Origin: an uncultured Actinomycetota bacterium
GTDB taxonomy: Bacteria; Actinomycetota; Actinomycetes; Propionibacteriales; Nocardioidaceae
Reading direction: 5' to 3'
DNA: 64,000 nt
Assembly: GCA_963790145.1 (NCBI GenBank)
Contig: CAWBNN010000002.1
Location: 136,444-200,443, forward strand
Below are positions 49,268 through 58,750 of the stretch, one piece after another. The notes beneath the pieces are model-generated. The model worked only from the letters and a program-made list of their open reading frames with translations, ran no database searches and was not told the DNA's origin. A program made the translations under genes and the position numbers. How positions within the stretch are numbered: position 1 is the stretch's first letter; every line of letters starts with the position of its first letter.

Positions 49268-49503
49268 AGATCGACCGGCCGCTGTGGCATCGACCTTCGA
49301 TCTGGGAGGTCGAGCTCAACTGGACGGTCGGAGAACTCGCCCAAGAACACGTCGGCGATGCTCGGCCGATCCTCGTCGGTCTCGACCGCCTTGGCGAGAA
49401 TCAGGCGCACCTCGGCCTCCATCGATCGGCCTTGGCGGGCCGCACGTTCGCGCAATTTCGCCTTGACCTCGGGATCGAGGTCCCTCACCGTGAGCATGCT
49501 CAT
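49264..49503 (-). CDS. FitA-like ribbon-helix-helix antitoxin
   Basis: LTVRDLD...L.ERAARQGRSMEAEVR.IL; AGGAGG RBS; overlaps toxin start. Confidence 0.9.
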   Translation of the reverse strand: MSMLTVRDLDPEVKAKLRERAARQGRSMEAEVRLILAKAVETDEDRPSIADVFLGEFSDRPVELDLPDRRSMPQRPVDL

Positions 49504-49534
49504 GCCATCGCCTCCTGAGCCCGAGAATAGCCAG

Positions 49535-49554
49535 TGCATGCATTGCATGCAATG
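49535..49554. promoter_or_regulatory. Candidate TA operator
   Basis: TGCATGCA-T-TGCATGCA overlapping palindrome CATTGCATGCAATG. Confidence 0.55.
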
Positions 49555-49560
49555 GACGCG

Positions 49561-49896
49561 TCAGCGGCTCACGGCGAGGTGGATCTCGGCGTAGAGGTCG
49601 GGGTTGTCGAGGTTCAGCTCGTCGGCGATCTCAAACGTGCTGTCCAACAGCGTCGTGACCCATACGCGCGACAGGTCGAACGCCCGCCAGCCGGGTTCGG
49701 CCAGCCCCGACGAGGAGAACCCGCCGACCTGCACCGCGTGGAGCGACAACGCGCCGGTCGGAGCGGTGAACACGACGTGCGGGTTGATGATCCGCACCCC
49801 GCGCGACTGCAGGCTGACGACATACCGGATCTCCAGCTGGCGCCGGTGCTCGATCGCGTACGCCAACCGCTCGTCGACCACCACCTCGGACGTCAT
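49561..49896 (-). CDS. Stand-alone WYL-domain-like protein
   Basis: AIEHRRQLEIRY...RIINPH...GWRAFDLSRV fits the WYL pattern; no HTH. Confidence 0.7.
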   Translation of the reverse strand: MTSEVVVDERLAYAIEHRRQLEIRYVVSLQSRGVRIINPHVVFTAPTGALSLHAVQVGGFSSSGLAEPGWRAFDLSRVWVTTLLDSTFEIADELNLDNPDLYAEIHLAVSR

Positions 49897-49899
49897 CGA

Positions 49900-51153
49900 T
49901 CAGAGCAGGCAGGCCTTGAGCTCGCTGAGCTTGTAGAAGTACGAGTTGTCCTTCTCGCTCTTGCACGGCTTCTCGAGCTTGATCGGCTTCTCGTTGTAGC
50001 GGATCGTGACGAGCACGCTGCCCTTGGAGTTGCGGTAGGCCGCCCACTCGATGTTGCCGGCCATCTTGCCGGCGACGTCGCCGCGCCACGTGTTGTTGGA
50101 GTACGAGAACGGGGCGTTGAGCGCGGCCTGCTGCGAGACACCTGGCATCTTGGCCAGCGCGGCGAAGGGAATCGTGGTCTCGCCGTGGGCCAGGCGGAAC
50201 ACCGCGGCGGAGTCGTCGCCGGCCAGGCGTTGGTCGAGCTTGGTGAAGAAGTCTTCGAGGATCGGCTTCGCCTTGCGGAACGAGTCCGTCTCGCCCTTGA
50301 CCCCGGGCCCGTACTTGTAGAACTTGTCCGCGTCCTTGGCGTAGCCCAGCACCTTCGCGTCGGCGAGCGGCACGTAGCGGCTGAAGGTGACGTCGGTGTC
50401 GCCCTGCATGCCCGCCGCGATGGCATACAAGCCGTAGATGTCGAGGGCATCGCCGACCGGGTCCTCGAGGCTGTCGACGTACGACGACGAGTAGAGCTTG
50501 CGGAGCACGTTGCGCGCGGCCTTGCGGACGTCGGAGCGGTCCTCGATGCTCTCGATCGCTGCCCGGCCGGCGCTGGTCGAACCGCTGGAGATCTTCAGGT
50601 GGGCGACCTCTTCGCGCTTCTCGATGTCGAGGCGAGGAATCGCGGCGACGAGACCGTCGCGCAGCGCGTCCGCGCTCTGCTTGGTGCGGCGAACGGTCGT
50701 GGTCTCGAAGTCGATGTCGTCCTGCGCCTCAGCTGCCTTGGTGAGGAAGCTGCGGTAGTTGGCGGCCGTGCGGCGGCCGATGCCGACCCACTCCGCGTGG
50801 CCGAGAGTGCTCAGCTTGCCGTAGCCGATGGCCTCTTCAGCCGCCTGGAACTTCTTGAGGTCGTCGTCGAACTTCTGCCCGGTCGAGGTCAGCTGGCCCT
50901 TCTTGGAGGCGGCGGTCCATACGGCGAGAGCTTGCTTCTCATCGCCATCGCTGGTCTGGCTGCGCGACCCGTGACGCGCGACGGTCTGGAGGAACACCTG
51001 CGTGTAGCCGGACGGCGGCTTCTTGATCGTGGTCTTCGACGGGTTCCCGTACGGCGTCTGGTTGGCGTACGCACCGTCATGGCTGGTGTCGGCCTGCGTC
51101 GGAGCCTGCAGCGCAGCCAGCAACGACACGACGATGGCGATGATCTTGAGCAT
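49900..51153 (-). CDS. Secreted histidine acid phosphatase (MINPP-type phytase-like)
   Basis: Signal peptide, RHGSR, R..QSA, AHGET, AGNIEW. Confidence 0.85.
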   Translation of the reverse strand: MLKIIAIVVSLLAALQAPTQADTSHDGAYANQTPYGNPSKTTIKKPPSGYTQVFLQTVARHGSRSQTSDGDEKQALAVWTAASKKGQLTSTGQKFDDDLKKFQAAEEAIGYGKLSTLGHAEWVGIGRRTAANYRSFLTKAAEAQDDIDFETTTVRRTKQSADALRDGLVAAIPRLDIEKREEVAHLKISSGSTSAGRAAIESIEDRSDVRKAARNVLRKLYSSSYVDSLEDPVGDALDIYGLYAIAAGMQGDTDVTFSRYVPLADAKVLGYAKDADKFYKYGPGVKGETDSFRKAKPILEDFFTKLDQRLAGDDSAAVFRLAHGETTIPFAALAKMPGVSQQAALNAPFSYSNNTWRGDVAGKMAGNIEWAAYRNSKGSVLVTIRYNEKPIKLEKPCKSEKDNSYFYKLSELKACLL

Positions 51154-51249
51154 GGTTCCCCCGGGGCTGGTGGTGCTGGTGAGTCTAAACCGCATCGGGC
51201 GACCGTCAAGGGCGTTCGAGAAAATTCGCTGGTATGGCGGCGGGCGGGT

Positions 51250-52762
51250 TCAGCCGGCGAGCGGGTAGGCGACGAACAGGATCGCCGCAAGACCGGCCCC
51301 GGCGAGGTGCACCATCGCCATCATCAGCGACCCGAAGCGCAGCCGCAGTCGCGAGATCCCACGCAGCACCAGCGCCACGGCCGCGGCCGGCATCAACACC
51401 CACGCCACACCCCACGTCGACCCGAACAGGTCGTCGGGCCACGGCACGTCTCCGGCCCTCGCGAGACCGGCAACCAGGAGGACGTACCAGGGGAAGAGCA
51501 TCGGCAACGAGCCGCGCGCCGCAGCGCCCGCCGCGAGCGCCAGCCCGCGTCGCATCGACCCGTCGACGAGCCGCTGCGGCCGTGGCTCGCCCACAGCCGG
51601 GCCACCGATCAACCCGCAGGAACACGTGCCGGCGCATGAAGAGGTAGACGCCGGCGACCGCGACCGCCAGCACCCACCATCCCGTCGAGTTGGCCTCGCT
51701 CATGGCAGGCGGGCGATAGTCCTCCGGCACGAACAACGTGCTCAGCCACACCAGCCCTGGCACCAGCGCCACGATGAAGGCGCTGAGCGCGATGCCGACC
51801 TCGTACGCCTTGAGCCTGCTCCAGCGGGTGACGAGCGGTCCCTGCTGGACGGGCTGGTGAGGGGCTTCTGGCGGGCGCGCCGCCTCGCGCGGACCGGCGC
51901 TCGGGGCCACTGACAGATCGACAGCCTGGTCGACCGCTGCCAGAGCCGCAAGCATCTCGGCGACGCTCTGATAGCGGGCAGTCGCGTCGATCGCCATGGC
52001 CCGCATGACCACGGCAGCCAGCGCCGGAGTCACCTGCGGTGCCAGCTCGCGGGGGTCGGGTCGGGGCCTGTTGCGGTGCGCCATCACCTGGGCGGCCATG
52101 GTGCCCTCGAACGGTGGCGCGCCGGTGATGCACTCGTAGAGCAGGCAGCCGACCGAGTAGATGTCGCTGCGTTCGTCGGCCCTGCCGTCGAACTGCTCCG
52201 GGGCCATGTAGTGCGGCGTGCCGGCCACCGTCGCAGTGGTGTCCGACGCTGCCCGCGCGATGCCGAAGTCGACGATCTTGACTCCCCCGCGAGGCGTCAC
52301 CAGGACGTTGGCGGGCTTGATGTCGAGGTGCAGGATGCCGGACTGATGGCAGGCGGCGAGGCCTTCCAGCACGCCGCGCACCGCGGCGACGGAGTGCAGG
52401 CTCGGGCCCCGCGTGGCCAGCAGATCACGCAACGACGTGCCCTCGACGAGCTCCATCACGAGGTGCGGGGTGACCTCACCGTCGCCGTCGGGCATGTGCA
52501 CGAGGTCATGCACGGTCACCACATTCGGGTGCGACACCCGCGCCAGCGCCGCCACCTCGCGGGTGATGCGGCGCATCGCGCGCGGGTCGTCGGCGAGGAA
52601 GTGCGAGAACCGCTTGATCGCCACCTCACGCTGCAGCTGGCTGTCACGGGCGCGGAACACGACGCCGTGGTTGCCCGCACCGATCCGCCCCAGCAGCTCG
52701 AACCGCAGCTCGACCGGGACCGTGCCGGGAGGTGTCACCGGGCTCGCGAGGGGATCTGGCAT
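51250..52762 (-). CDS. Ser/Thr kinase with multi-TM C-terminus; frameshift near 51610
   Basis: GAGNHG, VAIK, HLDIKPAN, DFG, YMAPE; TM helices continue in the 51250-51612 frame. Confidence 0.85.
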
Positions 52763-52833
52763 CGGGCTGATCCTCCTGCTCCAGTTCGGCGGGTTCACTC
52801 ACCACGACGGTACGTCGGGCACCTCCATTGTCC

Positions 52834-53763
52834 CTAAAGACTCGTGAGCCCCTGCAGATGCACGGTTCCCGAGGTGTCCATCGCCGCGACCACGCTGACA
52901 CCCGCGAGCGCGATGACGGTGCCTGCGCGGACTGTCGTCCAGTCATCGATGCGCTGGCCGTCGACCGTCGTGCCGTTGGTGCTGCCGAGATCCTTCACCT
53001 GCCACTGCGTGCCGTGCAGCCGGAGGGCGGCGTGCCGATAGGACACCTGCGGCTCCTCGAATCGCACCGGACTCTCCGGCAGGCGGCCCAGCACGGCGCC
53101 ACCTTTGGGGATCGATGCCGTGTGCCCGCCGCGCTCCAGACGCAGGCCACTCGCGACATTCATGGTGGGCGCGGTGTCCTCGAGGTCAGGGACGAGCGCC
53201 GGGAAGTTCATGGTCGCCGCAGGGTCGGCGGGGACGGGTTGCGCGTCCGTGAGGACCTCCCACCCCATCGGCGTACGTTCTGGGGTGCGTCGAGCGGGAT
53301 CGGCGCGGCCGCTGCCGCGCGCCGGCGGGATCCACCCGGACCTCAGACCGGGATCGACCTCGACGATGACCGTCACCTCAGGCGGCACCGCCCAGCCGGC
53401 CCGTTCGGCGTGCGCCATGTAGAGCATGGCGCCGTCAGCACCGAGCCGATCCAGGTCACCGTCCGGGTCGAGGCGTTCGAGGTCCTCGGGGGCCACCCGC
53501 ACCGTGAGCTCGGCGAAGGCGAGTCGTTCACCGCTCGGCATCACGACGTGCTGCCCGGTCAGGGCGCGGACGAAGCGGCGGCGCAACACCGCTGCCGAGC
53601 CGGTCGGGTATGACACGAGCTTGGCGCCGACCTCGCTCGCGGCAGCCCGCTTGGAGCTCACGCCGAAGATGCTCTGCGCGATGCGCAGTGCCGCCCACAC
53701 GACCACGACGAAGATGACGAGGATCAGCAGGTTGGAGGCGAGGCCTGAGAGAGTTCCGTTCAT
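52834..53763 (-). CDS. FhaA-like protein: TM + DUF3662-like + FHA domain
   Basis: LGR, VSYRHA, DLGSTNGT.VDG FHA motifs. Confidence 0.85.
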   Translation of the reverse strand: MNGTLSGLASNLLILVIFVVVVWAALRIAQSIFGVSSKRAAASEVGAKLVSYPTGSAAVLRRRFVRALTGQHVVMPSGERLAFAELTVRVAPEDLERLDPDGDLDRLGADGAMLYMAHAERAGWAVPPEVTVIVEVDPGLRSGWIPPARGSGRADPARRTPERTPMGWEVLTDAQPVPADPAATMNFPALVPDLEDTAPTMNVASGLRLERGGHTASIPKGGAVLGRLPESPVRFEEPQVSYRHAALRLHGTQWQVKDLGSTNGTTVDGQRIDDWTTVRAGTVIALAGVSVVAAMDTSGTVHLQGLTSL

Positions 53764-53785
53764 GGCATCATCGTGAGGGTCATTC

Positions 53786-54577
53786 GTGGCTGAGGTCGAG
53801 CCGCGGCGGAACGCGTTCCACGGAGGGGCCACGGTGCTGCACATCGCCTGGTCAGCCGACCCGCACGCAGGCCAGGCAACCATCGAGACCGGATCGACGT
53901 TCGTGCTGGCCAGGCGGATGAACCTGCCGGAGCAGCAGCCGCTGGTCGCCGAGCAGATCGGCGGTTCGGCCTACGTGTTCGTACGCCTGCCGTACGTCAG
54001 CGACCCCGCGCTGGTCATCTCGGCGACCGCAGGTCAGCCGGTCGTGCATCGCGGCCAGCGCGCCAACGGTGCTGTCGTCGAGCTCACCGGACCGACCGGC
54101 GAGGCCACGACACCCGTCCCGGGTCAGAAGATCTCCTTGACCGACAGCGGCACCCGGATCGAGCTGCGCTGTCCCGGCCTGACGTTCACCGCCGTCGTGG
54201 AGTTCGACCAGCCCGGGGCTCAGCCGACCGGATCCGGCACGGTGCAGCTGGGCGTCGACTCGCTGCAGCACGACGATGCCTGGCTGGTGGCGGCGATCGC
54301 CGTGGCACTCTCGCCGGAGCACGGTGTGGTCGCGCACGGCGACCTCAAGCAGGCGTTCGCCCTGTGGCGCGGCACCGAGGTGCACAGCGACGGCGCCTTC
54401 GACCGCAACGTGCTGCGGCCGGCGTTGACCTCGCGCGGGCTCGAGATGCCCGGGCCGCGGCTCAACAAGATCGTCTACCTCGTCGAGCGGTGCCGGCGTA
54501 CGTCAGAATTTCCCACCCGCCTGCTCGACGACGTACGTACGAAGTTGCGGGCAGCAGGCATGGACGTCGGAGCCTGA
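53786..54577 (+). CDS. Hypothetical protein (beta-rich N-domain, helical C-domain; possibly degenerate FHA + wHTH)
   Basis: 263-aa ORF divergent from the FHA gene; alternative start 53833. Confidence 0.65.
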   Translation: MAEVEPRRNAFHGGATVLHIAWSADPHAGQATIETGSTFVLARRMNLPEQQPLVAEQIGGSAYVFVRLPYVSDPALVISATAGQPVVHRGQRANGAVVELTGPTGEATTPVPGQKISLTDSGTRIELRCPGLTFTAVVEFDQPGAQPTGSGTVQLGVDSLQHDDAWLVAAIAVALSPEHGVVAHGDLKQAFALWRGTEVHSDGAFDRNVLRPALTSRGLEMPGPRLNKIVYLVERCRRTSEFPTRLLDDVRTKLRAAGMDVGA

Positions 54578-54579
54578 GC

Positions 54580-54612
54580 CCGGTGGCCGAGCACGTGGTG
54601 CCCGGCCACCGG
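54580..54612. terminator. Hairpin between convergent genes
   Basis: CCGGTGGCCG..GCAC/GTGC..CGGCCACCGG. Confidence 0.65.
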
Positions 54613-54617
54613 ATCGC

Positions 54618-55829
54618 TCAGCTCGAGGTGATCTCGTCAGGGACGACGTCGAGCTTGACGCTCTTGACGACCTTGCCCGACGGGATGTTGACGACGTGCA
54701 CCGTCGAGGTCGCCGGCTCGGTGACCCATGCGGTGTCGCCGCTGATGTGCAGCGTCGGACGGGGCTGGTGCCAGTCGACCGGCTCGCTCCACGGCTTGAC
54801 GACCTTGATCGTCGAGAACGTGCTGCCGTCCTTCGCGTCCAGCACGTGCAGCGCGCCGTCGGTGCCGAGGATGATCGCCTCGCCCGCGGCGCCACGCCCC
54901 AGCGAACGGAACGAGTAGCTCGTGCCGAGGTCGACGATCTTGAGCTTGTTGGTCTCGGTGTCGATCAGCGTGACGCGCTCAGGACGCTCGAGCTCGGCAT
55001 CCTTGTCGACCTTGTAGTCGCCCAGCACGATCGGGGATGACGGCGAGCCGGCCTGGTTGCCGATGCGCCCGTACGAGTCGGGGCTGTCGATCTTGGTGAA
55101 CGTGCCGTCGCGGTAGACCACGACGCCGTTCTCGCAGCCGATCACCGCTGCACCGTTGCCGGCCGTTGCCTCGCCGTGCACGCCCGGGCAGTCGTCGGTG
55201 CTGGCGATCTCCTTGCCGAGCCGTACGACCTTGGCGCCGGTGCGCTCGTCGACCGTGCCTTCGGTGACCAGGAGGCCGTCCTCGAGCTGCACGCCGACAC
55301 CGTGGTGCGGGCTCGCCGCCTTGTAGGTGTCGACGACCTTCGTCGGCTTGGCTGAGTCAAGGACCTGCGCGGTGCCGGCTCCGTCGCTCCACAGCACCGT
55401 CTTGCCGTCGTGCACCGTCACGTGTCCGGGCTCCGGCGCCTTGAAGGAGTTGAGCAGCGCCGGCTTGCCCTCGGGCAGGTAGTGCGAGTGGTCGCCGTGC
55501 GACTCGACCTTGACGCCGGTGTCGAGCAGCCGGAATCCCTTGGTCTCGGTTGACACGAGAACGTGCCGCTCGTCGCCAGCCTTGTTGACCCGCAGGAACC
55601 CGCTCATCGGGAAGCTCGCCACCGTCTTGAGGGTGTCGCGCTCGAGGACGCGGACTCCCCCGTCGTACGTCATCACGAGGCGCGGTCCGGACAGCTGGCC
55701 CGCCGGCTCGTCGCCGGAGGACGCGTTGACGGCGTCGTCGCCACTGCCGCCGCTGCACGCCGCGGTGGTGAGGGCCAGCGTCGAAGTGATGACCGCAAGG
55801 GCCACCCGAGATCGTCCTACCAGGTGCAT
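54618..55829 (-). CDS. aztD: Zinc metallochaperone AztD, lipoprotein
   Basis: AAC lipobox, HGDHSHY, PGHV, HHGV, CPGVHGE, YGRIGN. Confidence 0.88.
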   Translation of the reverse strand: MHLVGRSRVALAVITSTLALTTAACSGGSGDDAVNASSGDEPAGQLSGPRLVMTYDGGVRVLERDTLKTVASFPMSGFLRVNKAGDERHVLVSTETKGFRLLDTGVKVESHGDHSHYLPEGKPALLNSFKAPEPGHVTVHDGKTVLWSDGAGTAQVLDSAKPTKVVDTYKAASPHHGVGVQLEDGLLVTEGTVDERTGAKVVRLGKEIASTDDCPGVHGEATAGNGAAVIGCENGVVVYRDGTFTKIDSPDSYGRIGNQAGSPSSPIVLGDYKVDKDAELERPERVTLIDTETNKLKIVDLGTSYSFRSLGRGAAGEAIILGTDGALHVLDAKDGSTFSTIKVVKPWSEPVDWHQPRPTLHISGDTAWVTEPATSTVHVVNIPSGKVVKSVKLDVVPDEITSS

Positions 55830-55844
55830 GAGGGTCGCTTTCCT

Positions 55845-55866
55845 TATTGGGAATGGTTTTCATTCA
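55845..55866. promoter_or_regulatory. Zur box
   Basis: Minus strand AATGAAAACCATTCCCAATA fits TGAnAAnnnTTnnCA; upstream of aztD. Confidence 0.75.
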
Positions 55867-55928
55867 CATTAATGGGTCGCGTGAGGGCATGGCAAGCCCG
55901 CCCCGCGTACGGGGCTGTGGCGGCAGCG

Positions 55929-56693
55929 TCAGGACGGCGGCAGGTTCACTTCGTACGCGACCGGGACGGCGTGGCGGCGGACCTCGTCGGGTCCGTACTC
56001 ATGCAGGCGCGGCGTGGTCAGCGCGTCGGTCACCACGACGAGCAGCCAGTCGAGGTCGTGCCCGGCGGCTCGCAGCTCGGTGCGGGTGGCCAGGATCTTG
56101 GGGACCGGGCCCGCGACGCCCTTGACCTCGATGTGCCGCACCCTCGGACCCTTGCTGGCCGTGATGTCCCACCCGAGGTTGAGGGCGCTGACGTCCTCGA
56201 CGATCCAGCCGTCCACGGCGTACTGGCCGCTGACGAAGCTCATCGCGACGAGCTCGACCTCACGGTTGGACTCCGGATCGCCGAAGCCGGCTCCGCGGGG
56301 ACTGACGTGGAACTCGACGTCCGCCGGCGGCAGAGCCGTCTCCGGCACGTACGAGATCGGGTTGCGGCCGCGCGACTCGGGAGCCGGACGGTTGACGTAC
56401 ATGTCATGGATGCGGTCGCCTGCGCCGAGCACGCGGCCATAGACAACGCTGCGCATGGAGCGCTTCGGCGCCGGCTCGACGCTGGAGATCTCGAGCGCCT
56501 GACGGACGATCCCGTCGAAGCTGAAGATCGCATACCGCTCGTCCTGAGCCCGCTCCCCCAGTCGCCAGCACCCGCGATTGGCCTCATACACCTGGGTGTC
56601 GGTCATGCCCGCCCGGAACCCGACGTAGCTGCGGCCGAGGTCGTCAGCCGCCGGGTCCACCGAACGGAGCTCGCCCAGACGAATGTGCAGCAT
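55929..56693 (-). CDS. DUF3883 (NOV_C, PD-(D/E)XK-like) nuclease fusion
   Basis: VELVAM..V...Y...GW.VEDVS..NLGWDI......HIEVKG. Confidence 0.8.
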   Translation of the reverse strand: MLHIRLGELRSVDPAADDLGRSYVGFRAGMTDTQVYEANRGCWRLGERAQDERYAIFSFDGIVRQALEISSVEPAPKRSMRSVVYGRVLGAGDRIHDMYVNRPAPESRGRNPISYVPETALPPADVEFHVSPRGAGFGDPESNREVELVAMSFVSGQYAVDGWIVEDVSALNLGWDITASKGPRVRHIEVKGVAGPVPKILATRTELRAAGHDLDWLLVVVTDALTTPRLHEYGPDEVRRHAVPVAYEVNLPPS

Positions 56694-56867
56694 CGGCTCA
56701 GGATAGGGCTACCTTGGTTCACGCCGTCCGGCGGATGCGCCGTCACGCCGGGCGAAATCGGCGTTGCTTTCCGATGCGACAGTGTGGTGCATCTTTTGCG
56801 GTGCCGCCCGAGGTGCGGAAGCATCGAGAAGAGACCGCGTGAACCGCCTCATTCAAAGGAGCTGACC

Positions 56868-58292
56868 GTGGACCCGATCGAACCGGTGTACGACACCACG
56901 ACCCTGCTGCTGATCGCGATCGCCGCGGTCGCCGTCCTGCTCTTCCTGATCATGAAGGTGCGCCTGCACGCCTTCATCGCACTCGTGCTGGTCAGCGTGA
57001 TCACGGCGGTCGCCGCCGGGATCCCCTTGGTGGACGTGCCCACGGCCCTGACCACCGGATTCGGCGCCACCCTCGCGTCGGTCGCGCTGCTGGTCGGCTT
57101 CGGTGTGATGCTCGGCAGGTTGCTCGAGGTCACCGGTGGCGCCCAGGTGCTCGCCGACACTCTCGTTGGTCGGTTCGGAGAGAAGCGCGCACCGTTCGCG
57201 CTCGGTGTCGCCGCGCTGATCTTCGGCCTGCCGATCTTCTTCGACGCCGGTCTCGTCGTGTTCCTGCCCATCATTTTGACCGTCGCCCGTCGCTTCGGCG
57301 GCTCGGTCCTCTACTACGCGTTGCCGGCTGCCGGCGCCTTTGCGGCCATGCATGCTCTCGTGCCGCCGCATCCCGGCCCGGTCGCTGCGGGCACCCTGCT
57401 CGAGGGCGACATCGGCATCATCCTGCTGGTCAACCTGCCCATCGCGCTGATCGCGTGGTACGTCGGTGTCTACCTGGTGTCACGCCAGCTCGGTGCCCGG
57501 TTCGACGTGCCGGTCACCAATCTGCTGTTCGGCGATGAGCACGACGCCAACGGGCGTACCGACGACGATGGAGCCGACGGGCGCACGGGTTCGGGCGGCA
57601 CCAAGACCGTCGCACCCCCCACGTTCGGGCTGGTGATCGGGCTGCTGGCGATCCCCCTGGTGCTGATCTCGTTCAACACGATCCTGACCACGCTGATCGA
57701 GAACAAGACGATCGACGAGGGCAACAAGCTCGTCGAGACCCTGATCCTGATCGGCACCACCCCAGTTGCGCTGCTCATCACCTTGCTCGCCGCCATCGCG
57801 CTCCTCGGCACCCGCGGACGCAGCCTCAGCGAGACAAGCGACCTGCTCGACAAGTCGCTCGGCCCGATCTGCTCGATCATCCTGATCACCGGAGCCGGCG
57901 GCATGTTCGGCGGCGTGCTGCGCATCAGTGGCATCGGCGAGGCGCTGACGTCGTCGCTGTCGGACGTCGGCTTCCCGCTGCTGGTGCAGGCATTCCTGAT
58001 CGCGACCGCCCTGCGCGTCGCCCAGGGATCGGCGACCGTGGCGTTGACCACGACAGCTGGCCTGATCGCCTCCGACGCCGGCGGCCTCGGGGACCTGCAG
58101 ATCGCGCTGCTCGTCACCGCCATCGCCGCGGGCGCCACGGTGCTTTCGCACGTCAACGACTCGGGCTTCTGGTTGGTCAGCCGGTTCTTCGGGATGGACG
58201 AGAAGACCACGCTCAAGACCTGGACCGTCATGGAGACAACGCTCGGCCTGTCGGCATTCGCCCTCGCCGCTGTGCTCTATCCGCTGGCGTAA
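56868..58292 (+). CDS. gntP: GntP family gluconate:H+ symporter
   Basis: LHAFIAL, IFFDAG, HALVPPHPGP, LRVAQGSATVA, SHVNDSGFW; AAAGGAG RBS. Confidence 0.95.
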   Translation: MDPIEPVYDTTTLLLIAIAAVAVLLFLIMKVRLHAFIALVLVSVITAVAAGIPLVDVPTALTTGFGATLASVALLVGFGVMLGRLLEVTGGAQVLADTLVGRFGEKRAPFALGVAALIFGLPIFFDAGLVVFLPIILTVARRFGGSVLYYALPAAGAFAAMHALVPPHPGPVAAGTLLEGDIGIILLVNLPIALIAWYVGVYLVSRQLGARFDVPVTNLLFGDEHDANGRTDDDGADGRTGSGGTKTVAPPTFGLVIGLLAIPLVLISFNTILTTLIENKTIDEGNKLVETLILIGTTPVALLITLLAAIALLGTRGRSLSETSDLLDKSLGPICSIILITGAGGMFGGVLRISGIGEALTSSLSDVGFPLLVQAFLIATALRVAQGSATVALTTTAGLIASDAGGLGDLQIALLVTAIAAGATVLSHVNDSGFWLVSRFFGMDEKTTLKTWTVMETTLGLSAFALAAVLYPLA

Positions 58293-58303
58293 TTGTCGCT
58301 GGG

Positions 58304-58669
58304 TCAGCGGCGGCGGTCGGCGACTATGGCGGCGGCGTTGAGCGCGGCCCAGCCCATCGTCACTCCGAGCACCTTGGCCTTGGTGGCGGTGCTCGTCGCC
58401 TCGTTGCTGAACAGCGCGCCGTCCGTGAGGTCGAACACGACGCGGCCCATCATGGCCTGCTCACGCCCGGCAGCGGTGGGAGCGACCAGGGCCAGCCCGC
58501 CGACGACCAGGTCGCGTACGCCGAACGTACGCGCGGACACGTCATAGTCGGGCTGCTTGAGCGGATCGTCGGTCAGCGCCTTGCCGAGGTGGCGCGGGTT
58601 GACGAGTGCGTAGACCGCGTATCCCATCGTTGCGACGGACATGAGGGCGCTGTAGGTCGGCTTCTTCAT
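58304..58669 (-). CDS. Small membrane protein (DUF4267-like)
   Basis: RTFGVRDL...FDLTDG. Confidence 0.75.
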   Translation of the reverse strand: MKKPTYSALMSVATMGYAVYALVNPRHLGKALTDDPLKQPDYDVSARTFGVRDLVVGGLALVAPTAAGREQAMMGRVVFDLTDGALFSNEATSTATKAKVLGVTMGWAALNAAAIVADRRR

Positions 58670-58750
58670 CCTCTGACGCTAGGTGAGGCCGGGGACATAC
58701 GCACGGCGAAATCGGTCGGGTGGGCTGCAAGGTGTGGGAGGGTTTTGGCC

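Noticed and set aside
49534-51639. 701-aa plus-strand ORF
   Set aside because: Shadow of the WYL, phosphatase and kinase genes on the minus strand
55563-56867. Apparent 435-aa N-terminal extension of gntP (909-aa ORF)
   Set aside because: Overlaps aztD and the DUF3883 gene antisense; a clear RBS marks the real start at 56868
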